The position numbers and the translations under genes are program-made. The notes beneath the pieces were generated by a model. The model made no database searches. It was not told the DNA's origin and saw nothing but the letters and a program-made list of their open reading frames with translations. From Cetorhinus maximus (Eukaryota): DNA of 64,000 bases. The stretch lies in NCBI RefSeq assembly GCF_964194155.1, contig NC_135884.1:142662001-142726000 (forward strand). Direction: 5' to 3'. Positions 1 through 12,400 of the stretch are shown one piece after another; positions within the stretch are counted from its first letter, which is position 1, and every line of letters starts with the position of its first letter.

Positions 1-345
1 GGGGAGGGGAAGTGAAATCTCGATTATTTTTCTGTAAGGAATCCTGTGCAAATTGTAACAATAACAATCAGTAATAATCAGCTTTCACTGGGTTGAGGCT
101 TCCTATGCCGAGGAAAATGAAATGCTCAGGGAGACTATGGAGGTCAAGCGATAGGAGGTGATAATCACAATGTAGAAGTTAATTAACATGTGAAGGAATT
201 AGTCAAACAACAAAAAGTTGTTTCTATTTTTGCTAAGTCACATTCCTGTGCCATAACTTCACAATTAAGTTTGTTGCGAAAATTTCTTCATGAGATTGGT
301 CTTTGAAATAATTCTTTTTTTGCCTTCTTCCCCGATTCATTTTAG

Positions 346-414
346 GTGGAAAGACTGGACGCCAAGGTTATTGGACCACTAAAGGCATATGGTCCGCTGA
401 CAAAATCCAAATGG
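346..414 (+). CDS. CIBAR2: CIBAR2-like exon (69 nt) [23 protein letters not shown]
   Basis: ttttag|GTG acceptor, TGG|gtattt donor; matches the FAM92 VERLEAKV..PLK.YG motif. Confidence 0.92.
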
Positions 415-3400
415 GTATTTTGTTCCTTTGTTCCTATTTAATTTTCCACCGTAATACTTCTAATTAATCAAAAGTCAAATTCTTTTCCACCCACAAACCA
501 AAAATTTCACCTAAACAACAACTTTCATTTATATAGCACCCTCAATGTAGTACAAACATCTTGAGGCACTTCACAGGAGCGTAATCCACTCAGCTTCTGA
601 CCTCATTACAGCCTTGTTTCAAACATGGACAAAAGAGTTGAACTCCTGAGGTGAGGTGAGAGTGACTGCCCTTGACATCAAGGCAGCTTTTGACTGAGTT
701 TGGCATCAAGGAGCCCTAGAAAAACTGGAGTCAATGGGAATCAGGGGGAAAACTCTCCTCTGGTTGGAGTCGTACCCAGCACAAAGAAAGATGGTTGTGG
801 TTGCTGGAGGTCAATCACCTCAGTTCCAGGACATCACTGCAGGAAATCCTCAGGGTAGTGTCCTAGACTCAACCATCTTCAGCTGCTTCATCAATGACCT
901 TCCTTCCATCATAAGGTCAGAAGTGGGGATGTTTGCTGATGATTGCACAATGTTCAGCACCATTCGCGACTTCTTAGATACTGAAGCAGTCCATGTCCAA
1001 ATGCAGCAAGACCTGGACAATATACAGGCTTGGGCTGACAAGTGGCAAGTAGCACTGATGCCACACAAGTGCCAGGCAATGACCATCTCCAACAAGAGAG
1101 AATTTAACCATCGTCCCTTGAAATTCAATGGCATTACCTTCACTGAAACCCCCACTATCAACATCCTGGTAGTTACCATTGAGCAGAAGCTCAACTGAAC
1201 TAGCCATATAAATACTGTGGCTACAAGAGCAAGTCAAAGGCTGGGAATCCTCCAACAAACAACTCACCTCCTGACTCCCCAAAGCCTGTCCACCATCTAC
1301 ATGGCACAAGTCAGGAGTGTGATGGAATACTCCCCACTTGCCTGGATAAGCACAGTTCCAACAACACTCAGAAGATCGAAACCATTTAGGACAAAGCAGC
1401 CTGCTTGATTGGCACCCCTTCCACAAACATTCACTCCGTCCAACACCGACCAACAGTGGCAGCAGTGGGTGCCATCTGCAAGATGCACTGTAGGAACTCA
1501 CCAAGGCTCCTTAGGCAGCATCTTCCAAACCCACACTACAACCTAGAAGGACAAGGGCAGCAGATACATGGGAACAACACCACCTGCAAATTCCCCTCCA
1601 AGTGACTCACCATCCTGACTTGGAAATATATCACCGTTCCTTCACTGTCGCTGGGTCAAAATCCTGGAACTCCCTCCCTAACAGCACTATGGGTGTACCT
1701 ACACCACATGGACTGCAGCGGTTCAAGAAGGCAGCTCACCACCACCTTCTCAAGGGCAATTAGAGATGGGCAATAAATGTTGGCCCAGCCAGTGACGCCC
1801 ACATCCCATGAAAAAATTAAGAAAAACCAGAAAGAATTTGTAACCGAGTTACATAAGGAGATATCAGAACAGGTGAGAGGTAGATTTTAAGGAATGTCTC
1901 AAAGGAGAAAAGAGAGATAGCGAGGCAGAGATGTTTAGGGAAGGAATTCCAGATTTAGGACCCAAGCAGCTGAAGGTGCGGCTGCCAATGATGGAGTAAA
2001 GAAAACTGGGGGATGCAGAGGCTATAATTAGAGGAACACAGAGGCCACAGAGGTTTGTAATGCTGGAGGAGGTTACAGAAGTAGTGACAGGACCGGCTAT
2101 GCAGGGATTTGAAAACAGGAATGAGGAGTGAGAATTTTACTAACCCTTTGGGGACAGGATGGGCTGGGAGGCAGAAAGGCTGGCAAAATGGCAAGGGAAG
2201 ATATTGGGTGGCATGCCCAACATCTGCTTGCTGTCATGCCACTTTGCCAGCACTGGGAAGGATTGCCAATGAGCTAGCTGCCTGGAGCACAATTGAACCA
2301 CTTAAGTATTCATTTCAGGGTTCCTTCCCGTCCCCATGGTCTTTTTGCTATTGGGTGGGGAGACTGCCCAGTGAAACCAGGCAACTTCCTGGCTGGTGCC
2401 GGAAATGGGGCCTCCTTTTTTTGCAGACTCTTTGACCCACAGAAGGGACCCCAATGGCTATGGCCACCCCTGCAGTACCTGTTCACTGAGACACCACCTC
2501 ACCACCCCCCCCCCCCCTCCAATGATTGATGGGACTTGCCTGCCAGGCACCATCTTCCCCAGCTCCACTTACACCTCTTGGAGGGCACCGGCCATTGGTC
2601 CTACATGTACAACACAGCAATGGCCACTTGTGGTAGCGCTGCTCCACCTGCTGCTGAGCTGCTAGCCCTATGATTGGGCTGGCAGCTTTTAGGGGCAGGC
2701 TGCCATCTTTAATAGGGATGTGTCTGCTTGCTGCCAAAATATGACCTGCATACCGCTGCCCACTAAAGCAGGGTCAGACCCCCCCTACCCCATCCCCTGC
2801 TTTGGGCCGCGGCGACAGGAATTTAGTCTTCGATATGAAATTCAGCCCATCGAGTCATTGCTAGACTGGGTGCCAGTGTAGATCAGTGAGCAAAGACGTG
2901 AATGGGACTTGGTGAAAATTAGGATCCTGGCACCAGGATGAGTGCGAGTTTCCAGAGGTTGCAAGATGAGAGGCCAGCCAGAGCAGTATTAGAATATCAC
3001 TGTCAGAGCCTGTTCGTGTTAACCAAAAAGGACTGGTAACTATTACTGTGGAATCCTTTTGACTCCTCCAAGTGCTGATGTAGTCTGACATTGTGGCGAC
3101 ATCTGTGATTCAGATCATTTAGCCTCCTGGCTGTGGGATACACAGTGAGACAGGATAAACACCGGACTTGGGGGATAATGGAAAACAAAGGGAAAAGTAA
3201 ACTGCGAAGACTGGATGTCAATCCTGAAATTCAAAAGCAAATACAGAAGAGCAGGTCAACACCATCTGTAAAGAGAAAAGTGGGCTGATCATTCTTGGAG
3301 ATTATCTTTACTTCAGGACTGGAAGTTGAAAGATAACCCAAAACTCTCTAAGTAAAATTGCTAAACAAACGGGGGCTGGGGTGGGGTGGGGATGAAACTC

Positions 3401-6400
3401 CAGGTAGTGATCGGACTCAATTTCCTCAAATTTACAAGAATGAGAGGCAATTTCATCCAAACATATGTTCTTAAGGGACTTGAAAAGGTAGAAGCTGGAA
3501 GAATTGCTGTGGAGTCCAGAACATGGGGTCACAGGACAGAATCTTGTGGAGCTGACGGGGTCTTGGCTGCCAGCTGGAGACCCGGTGAGAGCCCCATGTC
3601 GCCTCTTTTCGGGAAGGCCCACTGCATGTTGTGCCACTCAGGCAGTTAACAGGCCTGCAGTGGGCCTTCCCCCCTGTGCCAATGACCCTGAGGGCGCAGG
3701 TCCCGCCTGCCAAGAGCTGCCAACCAATCAGAGGCCGGCAGTTCTCAGCTCCACCGCCGGGGAGATGGTGGCCACTGCTGGTACTACACCTACCCAAGGC
3801 TCTAATTGAGGTGAGACCCAGGTGACTGATGGTAAGAGGTTTTACAGGGTGGGGATTGTTTGGGCAGGGGGTTGGCAGCAAGGGCTGGGAGGTGACCTTC
3901 GGGGGCACTCCTCTTCCTGATGTCAGGTCCCTCGATCAGGAACTGAGTGCCTTTGAATGCAGGAGGCCCAACCCCTTCCCCAGGAGCCCACAAATGAACT
4001 CACCAGGGTTTGCTTGTCGCGCTCCTGGCATGGCAAGCTCCGGGCCAACTGCTGGGCTAATACCCTGTAGTTCCCCATTGCTTTCTCCATGGCAATGCCT
4101 CAACCAATCAGAGTCAACTTGCCAACCAATCAGCACTCTTTTCTCCTGTAGTATAAAATATCATGAACGTTTGAAATTTGGCATTCTTACATTTGTCCTG
4201 ACGAGTTCAAGATGAAAAGTTTCAGCAACATGTCTCTCTTTTCAGCCATATCCAAGTTCTGTACTATCAAGCGACTATTAATTTATACAACTGAATTAAA
4301 TTCCTGTCACAATAAAATGTACTTTCTAGAATAGTGGCTTGTCAAAGTTTACACATGTCAGGAAGCAGCATAATTAGTTCTGATTCTCTTTCTGTATTAA
4401 ATCAGACAGACATCAAAAAATTTAACAGCGTCAGAAATCGTGAAATGAAAGAACTGGAAAACCTGCAAAAGTTGAAACAGAAGAACCCTTCGGACAGGCA
4501 AGGGATTGTATCCTTTCTGAAAGGCTGGCCCTTAAGGGTAGAGAGTTTAAAGATAAAATTGACTTCACTTATGCAACTTTTAAAAAAAACAACAGACACT
4601 TATAACTTAGAAAAGGTTGCCTCAACTCTGAGTTAATTCTCCCATCCCAAATGTAATCAGAACTAAATAAGAACAGAAAATGCTGGGAAAACTCAGCAGG
4701 TCTGGAAGCACCTGTGGAGAGAGAAAAACAGAGTTAACGCTTCGAGTCTGTGTGACTTCTTCAGAGCTGAAGAAAGGTAGAAATGTGATGGGTTTTATGC
4801 TGTTTAAGAGGGGGTGGAGCAGGTGGAGCAAAATAGAAGGTCAGGGTAGGTGGGAGTTCAGGAGAGATTTGACAAACTTATCATGGACACAAGTCAAAGG
4901 GAGCAGTAATGATAGTGTTAAAGACTAAGGCGGGTGCTAATAGTGGCATAAAGGTCGGATAGCAGAAGGCGTTAATAGCAGAACAAGGGTCAGTGCTCTG
5001 TGAAAGTAAAGCATGTGAACGAGTTACAGACTGGCCCTGTGTGGGGAGGGCTTTGGGAAAAAAAGGGTGTTGGGGGTGATAGAGGAGTGAACCAGGGTGC
5101 AACAGAGGGTACAGTCCCTGCAGAATGCTGACAGGAGAGATGAGGGGAAGACGTGTTTGGCGGTGGCATCATGCTGGAGTTGGCAGAAATGGCAGAGGAT
5201 GATCCTTTTAATGTGGAGGCTGGTGGGGTGAAAAGTGAGGGCAAGGGGAGCTGTATCATGATTCTGGGAGGGAGGAAAAGGGTGAGGGCAAAGGTGCGGG
5301 AGATGGGTCAGACACGGAGGCAGGGGTGGGGGAGATGGGTCAGACTCGGAGGTAGGGGTGCGGGAGATGGGTCAGACTCGGAGGCAGGGGTGGGGGAGAT
5401 GGGTCAGACACGGAGGCAGGGGTGGGGGAGATGGGTCAGACACGGAGGCAGGGGTGCAGGAGATGGGTCAGTCTCAGAGGCAGGGGTGCAGGAGATGGGT
5501 CAGACATGGAGGCAGGGGTGGGGGAGATGGGTCAGACTCGGAGGCAGGGGTGGGGGAGATGGGTCAGACACGGAGGTAGGGGCGGGGGAGATGGGTCAGA
5601 CATGGAGGTAGGGGTGGGGGAGATGGGTCAGACACGGAGGTAGGGGCGGGGGAGATGGGTCAGACATGGAGGTAGGGGTGGGGGAGATGGGTCAGACACG
5701 GAGGTAGGGGCGGGGGAGATGGGTCAGACATGGAGGTAGGGGTGGGGGAGATGGGTCAGACACGGAGGTAGGGGCGGGGGAGATGGGTCAGACATGGAGG
5801 TAGGGGTGGGGGAGATGGGTCAGACACGGAGGCAGGGGTGCGGGAGATGGGTCAGACACGGAGGTAGGGGCGGGGGAGATGGGTCAGACACAGAGGCAGG
5901 GGTGGGGGAGATGGGTCAGACACGGAGGCAGGGGTGGGGGAGATGGGTCAGTCTCAGAGGCAGGGGTGGGGGAGATGGGTCAGACTCGGAGGTAGGGGTG
6001 GGGGAGATGGGTCAGTCTCAGAGGTAGGGATGGGGGAGATGGGTCAGACTCGGAGGCAGGGGTGAGGGAGATGGGTCAGACTCGGAGGCAGGGGTGGGGG
6101 AGATGGGTCAGACTCGGAGGCAGGGGTGAGGGAGATGGGTCAGACTCGGAGGCAGGGGTGGGGGAGATGGGTCAGACTCGGAGGCAGGGGTGAGGGAGAT
6201 GGGTCAGACTCGGAGGCAGGGGTGGGGGAGATGGGTCGGACACAATTGAACACCCTGTCCTCGGCTCAGGAGAAAGGAAGACATGTCAGATGCACTGTTT
6301 TGGAAGGTAGAATCATTGGAACAGATGCGACGGTGCTTCTCTTCTACTTCTCTATCACCCGCAACACCTCATACCCTTTCCACGGCACCTTCCCAAGCAA

Positions 6401-9400
6401 TCGCAGAAGGTGTAACATCTGCCCCTTTACCTCCTCCCTCCACACCACCCAAGACCCCAGACACTCCTTCCAGGTGAAGCAATGATTCACCTGCACATCC
6501 TTCAATTAGTCTGCTGTATCCGCTGCTCACAATGCGGCCCCCTCTCCATCGGGGAGACTAGGTCGCCACTTTGCAGAACATCCTCGCTCAGTCCATAAGC
6601 ATAACCCCGACCTTCCTGATGCTTGCTATTTCAACTCACCATCTTGCTGTCATGTCCACATTTCTGTCTTGGCCTGCTACAATGTTCCAGTGAAACCCAA
6701 CGCAAAGTGGAGGAACTTCCGATTAGGCGCCCTACAATCGTCCGGACTTTACATTGAGTTCAATGACTTCAGGCCATGAACTCTGACCTCCATTTTGATA
6801 TTTTTTTTCCAAACTCCCTAGCCCCACAGGGCCAGTCTGAAACTTGTTCTCATGTTTATCTTTCACAGAGCTTGTTCTGCTATTAACACATTCTGCTATC
6901 TGACCTTTCTTCCACTATTAGCACCTGCCTCCGTCATTAACACTATCATTACCACTCCCATTGTCTTGTATCCATGACATCTTTGTCAATCTCTCCTGAG
7001 CTCCCGCCTATCCCTGTCCTTCTATTTTGCTCCACCTGCTCCACCCCCTCTTAAACAGTATAAAATCCATCACATTTCTACTTCTCTTTAGCTCTGAAGA
7101 AGAGTCGTATGGACTCGAAATTTTAATTCTGTTTCTCTCTCCACAGATGCTGTCAGACCTGCTGAGTTTTTCCAGCATTTTCTGTTTTTATTTCAGATTT
7201 CCAGCATCCGCAATGTTTTGCTTTTATTTTCGTAATCAGATCCAGTATCATTTAAAATTTTCATATCTCATGAGGTACATTTTTTTATATCTCTTTCTGA
7301 TCACACACTACAAAAGAACAGTGTGTAGATATGGATTACATTGTATACCCAAATAAAGCATTCTATATTGTGCATATGTATGAGAGTTTTGGATATATTG
7401 AGGTGGATTTTATAAAGGGACAGAGCTGCCCTCCCCGACCCAGAAGGCACCTGGCTGACCCGAAACTTGGCTGCCCGCAGTGATATGACGCTGGGGGCGG
7501 CCTTAATTAGTTAAGAGTGGGTGTTCCGCCTCTCTTGCCCTGGAGATGTGCCAACCAATCTGATTGGCCAGCAGCTTTGTAGACCCAGCAGCACCAGAAG
7601 AAAGTAGTGACCACGGCTGGGACTAGAGAGCTGCTGGCCAATCAGATTGAAGTGAAGGTGGATAAGGTTTTGGGCAGGCCTGGCTGTGAGACCCCAGCGA
7701 GGAGGGGGAGGGGACTGGGGGTGGGGTGGTGGTGGGTGGTGTTAGAAAAGCCAAGGAGGGGGGGCATAAATGGGGGGGGGGGGAGTGGTGGCGAGTACGA
7801 ACATCAGGATAGGGTGCCCCAACTGGGCACAAGGGATTCCCCCAAAGGAAGGTACCCCACTTCCCTGCCCGATCGCAGCCTGCACTGTCAAAGCTGCTGT
7901 GCTGTTTGACTTCCGTTCACCTTCCATCGCAGGCTGGAAAATTACGGCAGAGAAGGAATGAGCCCCTTAAATGGCAGTTAATTGTCCACTTACGGGCCTT
8001 AATAGGCCTAAGGGCTGACAGGCTCCCCGTACTATGGGAGATGGGTCGGGGGGTGGGCATGAAGGCGTGGGCTGGCCAACCACCTTAATTATGTGCCCCT
8101 CCCCTGCCCTCCCCCACCCCTGTCTTCAAATACACCAGCAGGGCTGCTGTAAAATTCATGCCATCCTTCAAGGAATGTAAGTGAAATTAGAAATAGTTAC
8201 CTAGTCATTCAGGACATTTTCCTTAACTGATTTTTCCAGTCACTGGTACGTGGCTTTTAAAACTGTATCTGAAGCTCAAGAACTTCCAATCAGCTTGAAA
8301 ACGAATATGTTTTATAGATTGACTGGTGCTGTTTATGATGTAGTTTAGTACGCTTTTAGCCCTAAACGGATTGTTTCAACGAATGTGAACAGGTGGCTGT
8401 ACATAAGAGGTGCAGTAATGATTAAAGACCACATGTTATAATTCCCCTGGTTGACGAGCCAACAAATGAACTGCCCAATGTGATATTGCCCTATGCAGGT
8501 TGGGTATGTCCCAGGTTTGACCCCCGGTCTGTGTTGAGTTGGCTGACTTCAGCTTGGGAAGCTGTAATGATTCTGCAATAGGAGGCAGGAATCCCGCTCG
8601 TCTTATCTGCCCTGTGAACATCTAGCAAGAAAAAAGCGTTTTTTAAAATGGTTGTAGAGTGAAATATGATTCCAAGGTGGAATATCTGCCAATTTTGGCT
8701 CCCTAGTCTCATACGTGAAGGATGTGACCACTGAGGCTGGAGCCCAGGTTTTCAAAGGGCCATGTGGTCGGGAAGGGGTGTGGGTAGGGTTTGAAAATCA
8801 CTGTCCCAGAGACCAAGTTGGAAACCTGATGCCTTTGGAACAGTTCCGAATTTTCAATAGGTCAGCAATGGGAAGGGAGTTGGGAAGGCACCTGCCTCCG
8901 ATTAATGGCTTTTTTAGCTCTTTAAGGAATTGGTTAAGGAGCCTGTCTGGAACGGAATAAAATTTTCAAAACTTCTTCCGGTGATCCCGAACAGTCTCAT
9001 GCATGTCAGTGCACAGCTGACGGGTTTGTCCCAGGGCACAAATACATTCCTTTGGACAAAGTTTTGAGAGGAATCTATGGGGTCAACTAGTGTCAACATG
9101 AGTGCAGGTCCTTACCTTGTCGTGCAAGTGCACTGCCAACCTCGCTCAACCTCCCTGCCTTCTGAAAAGCTGTCTGCTCAAATTGGCAAGACAGCGGCAG
9201 CCTCTAACATGGCTGCCACCAGCCTATGCCACTGGCACCAGACAGGCAGCTCCCACCTCCTGGAGTTGCACAGTGCCTCTAATTGGGTACCAAGCTCACC
9301 TCCTGGCCAATTAGACCATTTAAATTTAAAATATCATCACAAGAACAATGCAGATCAGGTGCAGGGTTGAGACACGAATTCGTCCAGGTGTCAGATTCCA

Positions 9401-12400
9401 GAAAATTCAGTCTAGGAAAGCTACTGACTGATTCAGCACAGTGCCTGACTTGCAATACAATGTTGCTGATTGATAGAAATCAGCTGAAGTCAGGCTACAG
9501 ACGGTGATTATGGGGACGGTACATATTTTATATATATACTTTATTGTACTGCAAATAGTAAGTTTTGTGATAATATGAAACTGGTGCAGGAATATTCCAA
9601 GGACCATTATCAAAAACTCTGATTGAATGACCACATATTAAGCAGCACTACAATTCCCTTGCTAACGGAAATGAGAAAATGTACCCTCTCTCCAGCGCTT
9701 AACATTTGCCAACATGACACACAGCAATTTCTGGAAATGCAACATTGTTATTTTTGTTTTAAGAATAGAAATGCAAAATATTTTTTGGAAGGTGTGAAAC
9801 TTGTAAATGTTGATGTTAAGAGAGACTTGGGTGTGCAAAGAACTCAGAAATGTAGCATGGAGGTACAGCAAGCAATTCTGAAGGCTAATGGCATGTTGGA
9901 CTTTATTGCAAGGGGATTGGAGTGCATGAATAAAGAAGTCTTGCTACCATTGTACAGGGCTTTGGTGAGACCACACCTGGAATACTGTACACAGTTTTGG
10001 TCTCCATATTTAAGGAAGGATATACTTGCATTGGAGGTGGTACAGCGAAGGTTCACTAAATTGGGTCTCTGGGAATGAAATGGCTGCCCTATTGAGAGAG
10101 ACTGAATAAATTGGGCCTATATTCTGTGGAGTTTATAAGAATGAGAGGCAATCTCATTGAATCATACAAGATTCTGAAGGAGCCTTAATAGGATAGACTC
10201 TGAGAGATTGTTCCCACAGGTTGGGGAATCTAAAACATGGGGCCAATCATTAAAGACTGAGATGAGGAGAACTTACTTCATCAAAGGATTGTGAACCTTT
10301 GGAAATCTCTACCCCAGAGGGTTGTGGATGCTCCATCATTGAATATATTTAAGGCTGGGATAGACAGATGTTCTCTCAGGGAATTAAGGGATATGTAGAG
10401 CAGGAGGGAAAATGGAGTTGAAGCCCAAGATCAGCCATGATCGTATTGAATGGTGGAGCAGATTTAGCATGGTCTACTCCTGCTCCTATTTCATGTGTTC
10501 CTGGATTTTTCCTTTAACAAATTGAAAAATCAGCAAATAATATACACATTTTGTGACTAATTGCTGCAGTCTGCTTTGGCAGTAGTAAGTAAATGTCAGA
10601 TGCATCACCTTCATCAATTTTATGCTGCTGCAGTTCATTGTCATTTGTACATGCACACACACTAGCAGATCTCACATGGTGTTGCTCATGGTCAGTAGGA
10701 AGAGTCTGCAGGGGAAGTGTTCCAGGGAATCAGTGCAATAATTAAAGGAATTGTTGCCTACATGCAAGACTTCTAAACTAATACGAAAACAAAGAAAAAG
10801 GAAGAACATATTTGTGTTTATACATCACCTTTGACAAACTCAAGACATCCCAAAGGGCCTTACAGCCAGTGAAGTTTTGAACTATAGTCTTGAACAATAG
10901 CCACTTTTGTAATGTATAAAAAGCTACAGCCAATTTGCACAAAGCAAGGCCACCAACAGCAATATGACAATGAGCAGATCATTTGTTTTTAAGAATGAAT
11001 TTTGGCTGGGACGCTATATATATTAAACTTGGTTCATGGGGTTTGCATTTCTTTGAAGATCTATTTTAAGTGCCTGCAGTATCAGTTATCCCTGTAAGGG
11101 ATGCTCTGATGGGCTTTCTCAATGTTGGAAGTGTTATCCTGGGCAACACACAATAGTTCCTATTTTACAGTGTGAGTATGTCTTCCTGCAATTGCACAAT
11201 TTTGCAATTGGGTTCCTGAAACTGTTTGAAAAACTTTCTTAATGTCCAAAGTAAGGGTTTAAAACAAAATTAAAAACTCAAAATATTGCACAATAACATG
11301 ATTAAATTTCTCCTCCAAATTGACTCAAAAATTCTGCCCATATTCTGTGACTCTGTGACTGGAATTTGGATTCTGCAGTCCAAGCTTGTACAGTGTATCT
11401 GATTACTCGGGTTGCATCAGTACCCTGCAGTTTATCCATTTTCTCACAACTTCCATTCTGGAATCTTCCCTGTATAAGGTGAATCAGTGCTTAGACTAAT
11501 GACAGCTAATGTTGAATTTGGAACAGTTTTGTATTACGATCCCATGTTTATGGGGAACTGGATTAAAAAGGCTTAAGTTGACGTGACATGGAATTATTTT
11601 TAAAAAATTTACCCTGGGGATATGGCCAACACTAACGGCCAGCATTTATTGTTCATCCTTAGTTCCCCTTGAAAAGGTAATGATCTGCCTTCTTGTTGAA
11701 CCACTGCTGTCCATGTGGCAAAGTGCTGTTAAGCAACGAGTTCCAGGATTTGGACCCAGTAATGCCTTAAAGCCATTAAACAAGAGAAAATTTCAACTCA
11801 TTCTTCCCAGCCGAATTCAACCACAGGTCCCAGGTCTAGTGTTTAAAGCACTGCTCCATGCGCCTCTTTTGCCTCATCTCTGATGCCCTTCGCTTGGCTA
11901 TTCGATTGTCACCAAACACAACATGTTACATGCATTGTGATGGGTTTTTTCAGAAGTTACAACATAACTCTGGCATTAGAAGATTAGAACAAGAGTAGGC
12001 CATTCAGCCCTTTGAGTTACATTCAGTTAGATCATGGCTGACCTGAAAGCAGGAGTGTAGGCCTTTGTCCTATCCCTCCATGGTGCATCCTTCTTGAGCA
12101 TGACTTTTGAGCAAGACATAAGTTGTGCTTGTGACCATTAACCAAGAGTTAGTAACATTGCCCTCAGTATCACAATATCTTTACAGTGCAGAAGGAGGCC
12201 ATCCAGCCCATTGCATCTGCACTGACTCTCTGAAAGAGCATTCCACCTAGTTCCACTCCCCTGCCTTACCCCCTTATCAGACTTGATGTTCATTCTGTTT
12301 GAACCTTTCTGTTTGATGCTGTATTTTATTGGAAATAGCTTCAAAGGCTGTACATGATCTAGTTTCTACACAAAACAGACTCAAATAGAGAAGAGACTGT

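Noticed and set aside
734-1605. Functional reverse transcriptase gene
   Set aside because: 5'-truncated with stops and frameshifts; no intact autonomous element was found anywhere in the window.
4334-4636. Single-exon 100-aa protein from the ORF track
   Set aside because: Only 4406-4507 resembles FAM92; the rest is intron read-through.
5153-6027. Repetitive Gly/Arg-rich ORFs
   Set aside because: Products of the 32-bp minisatellite.
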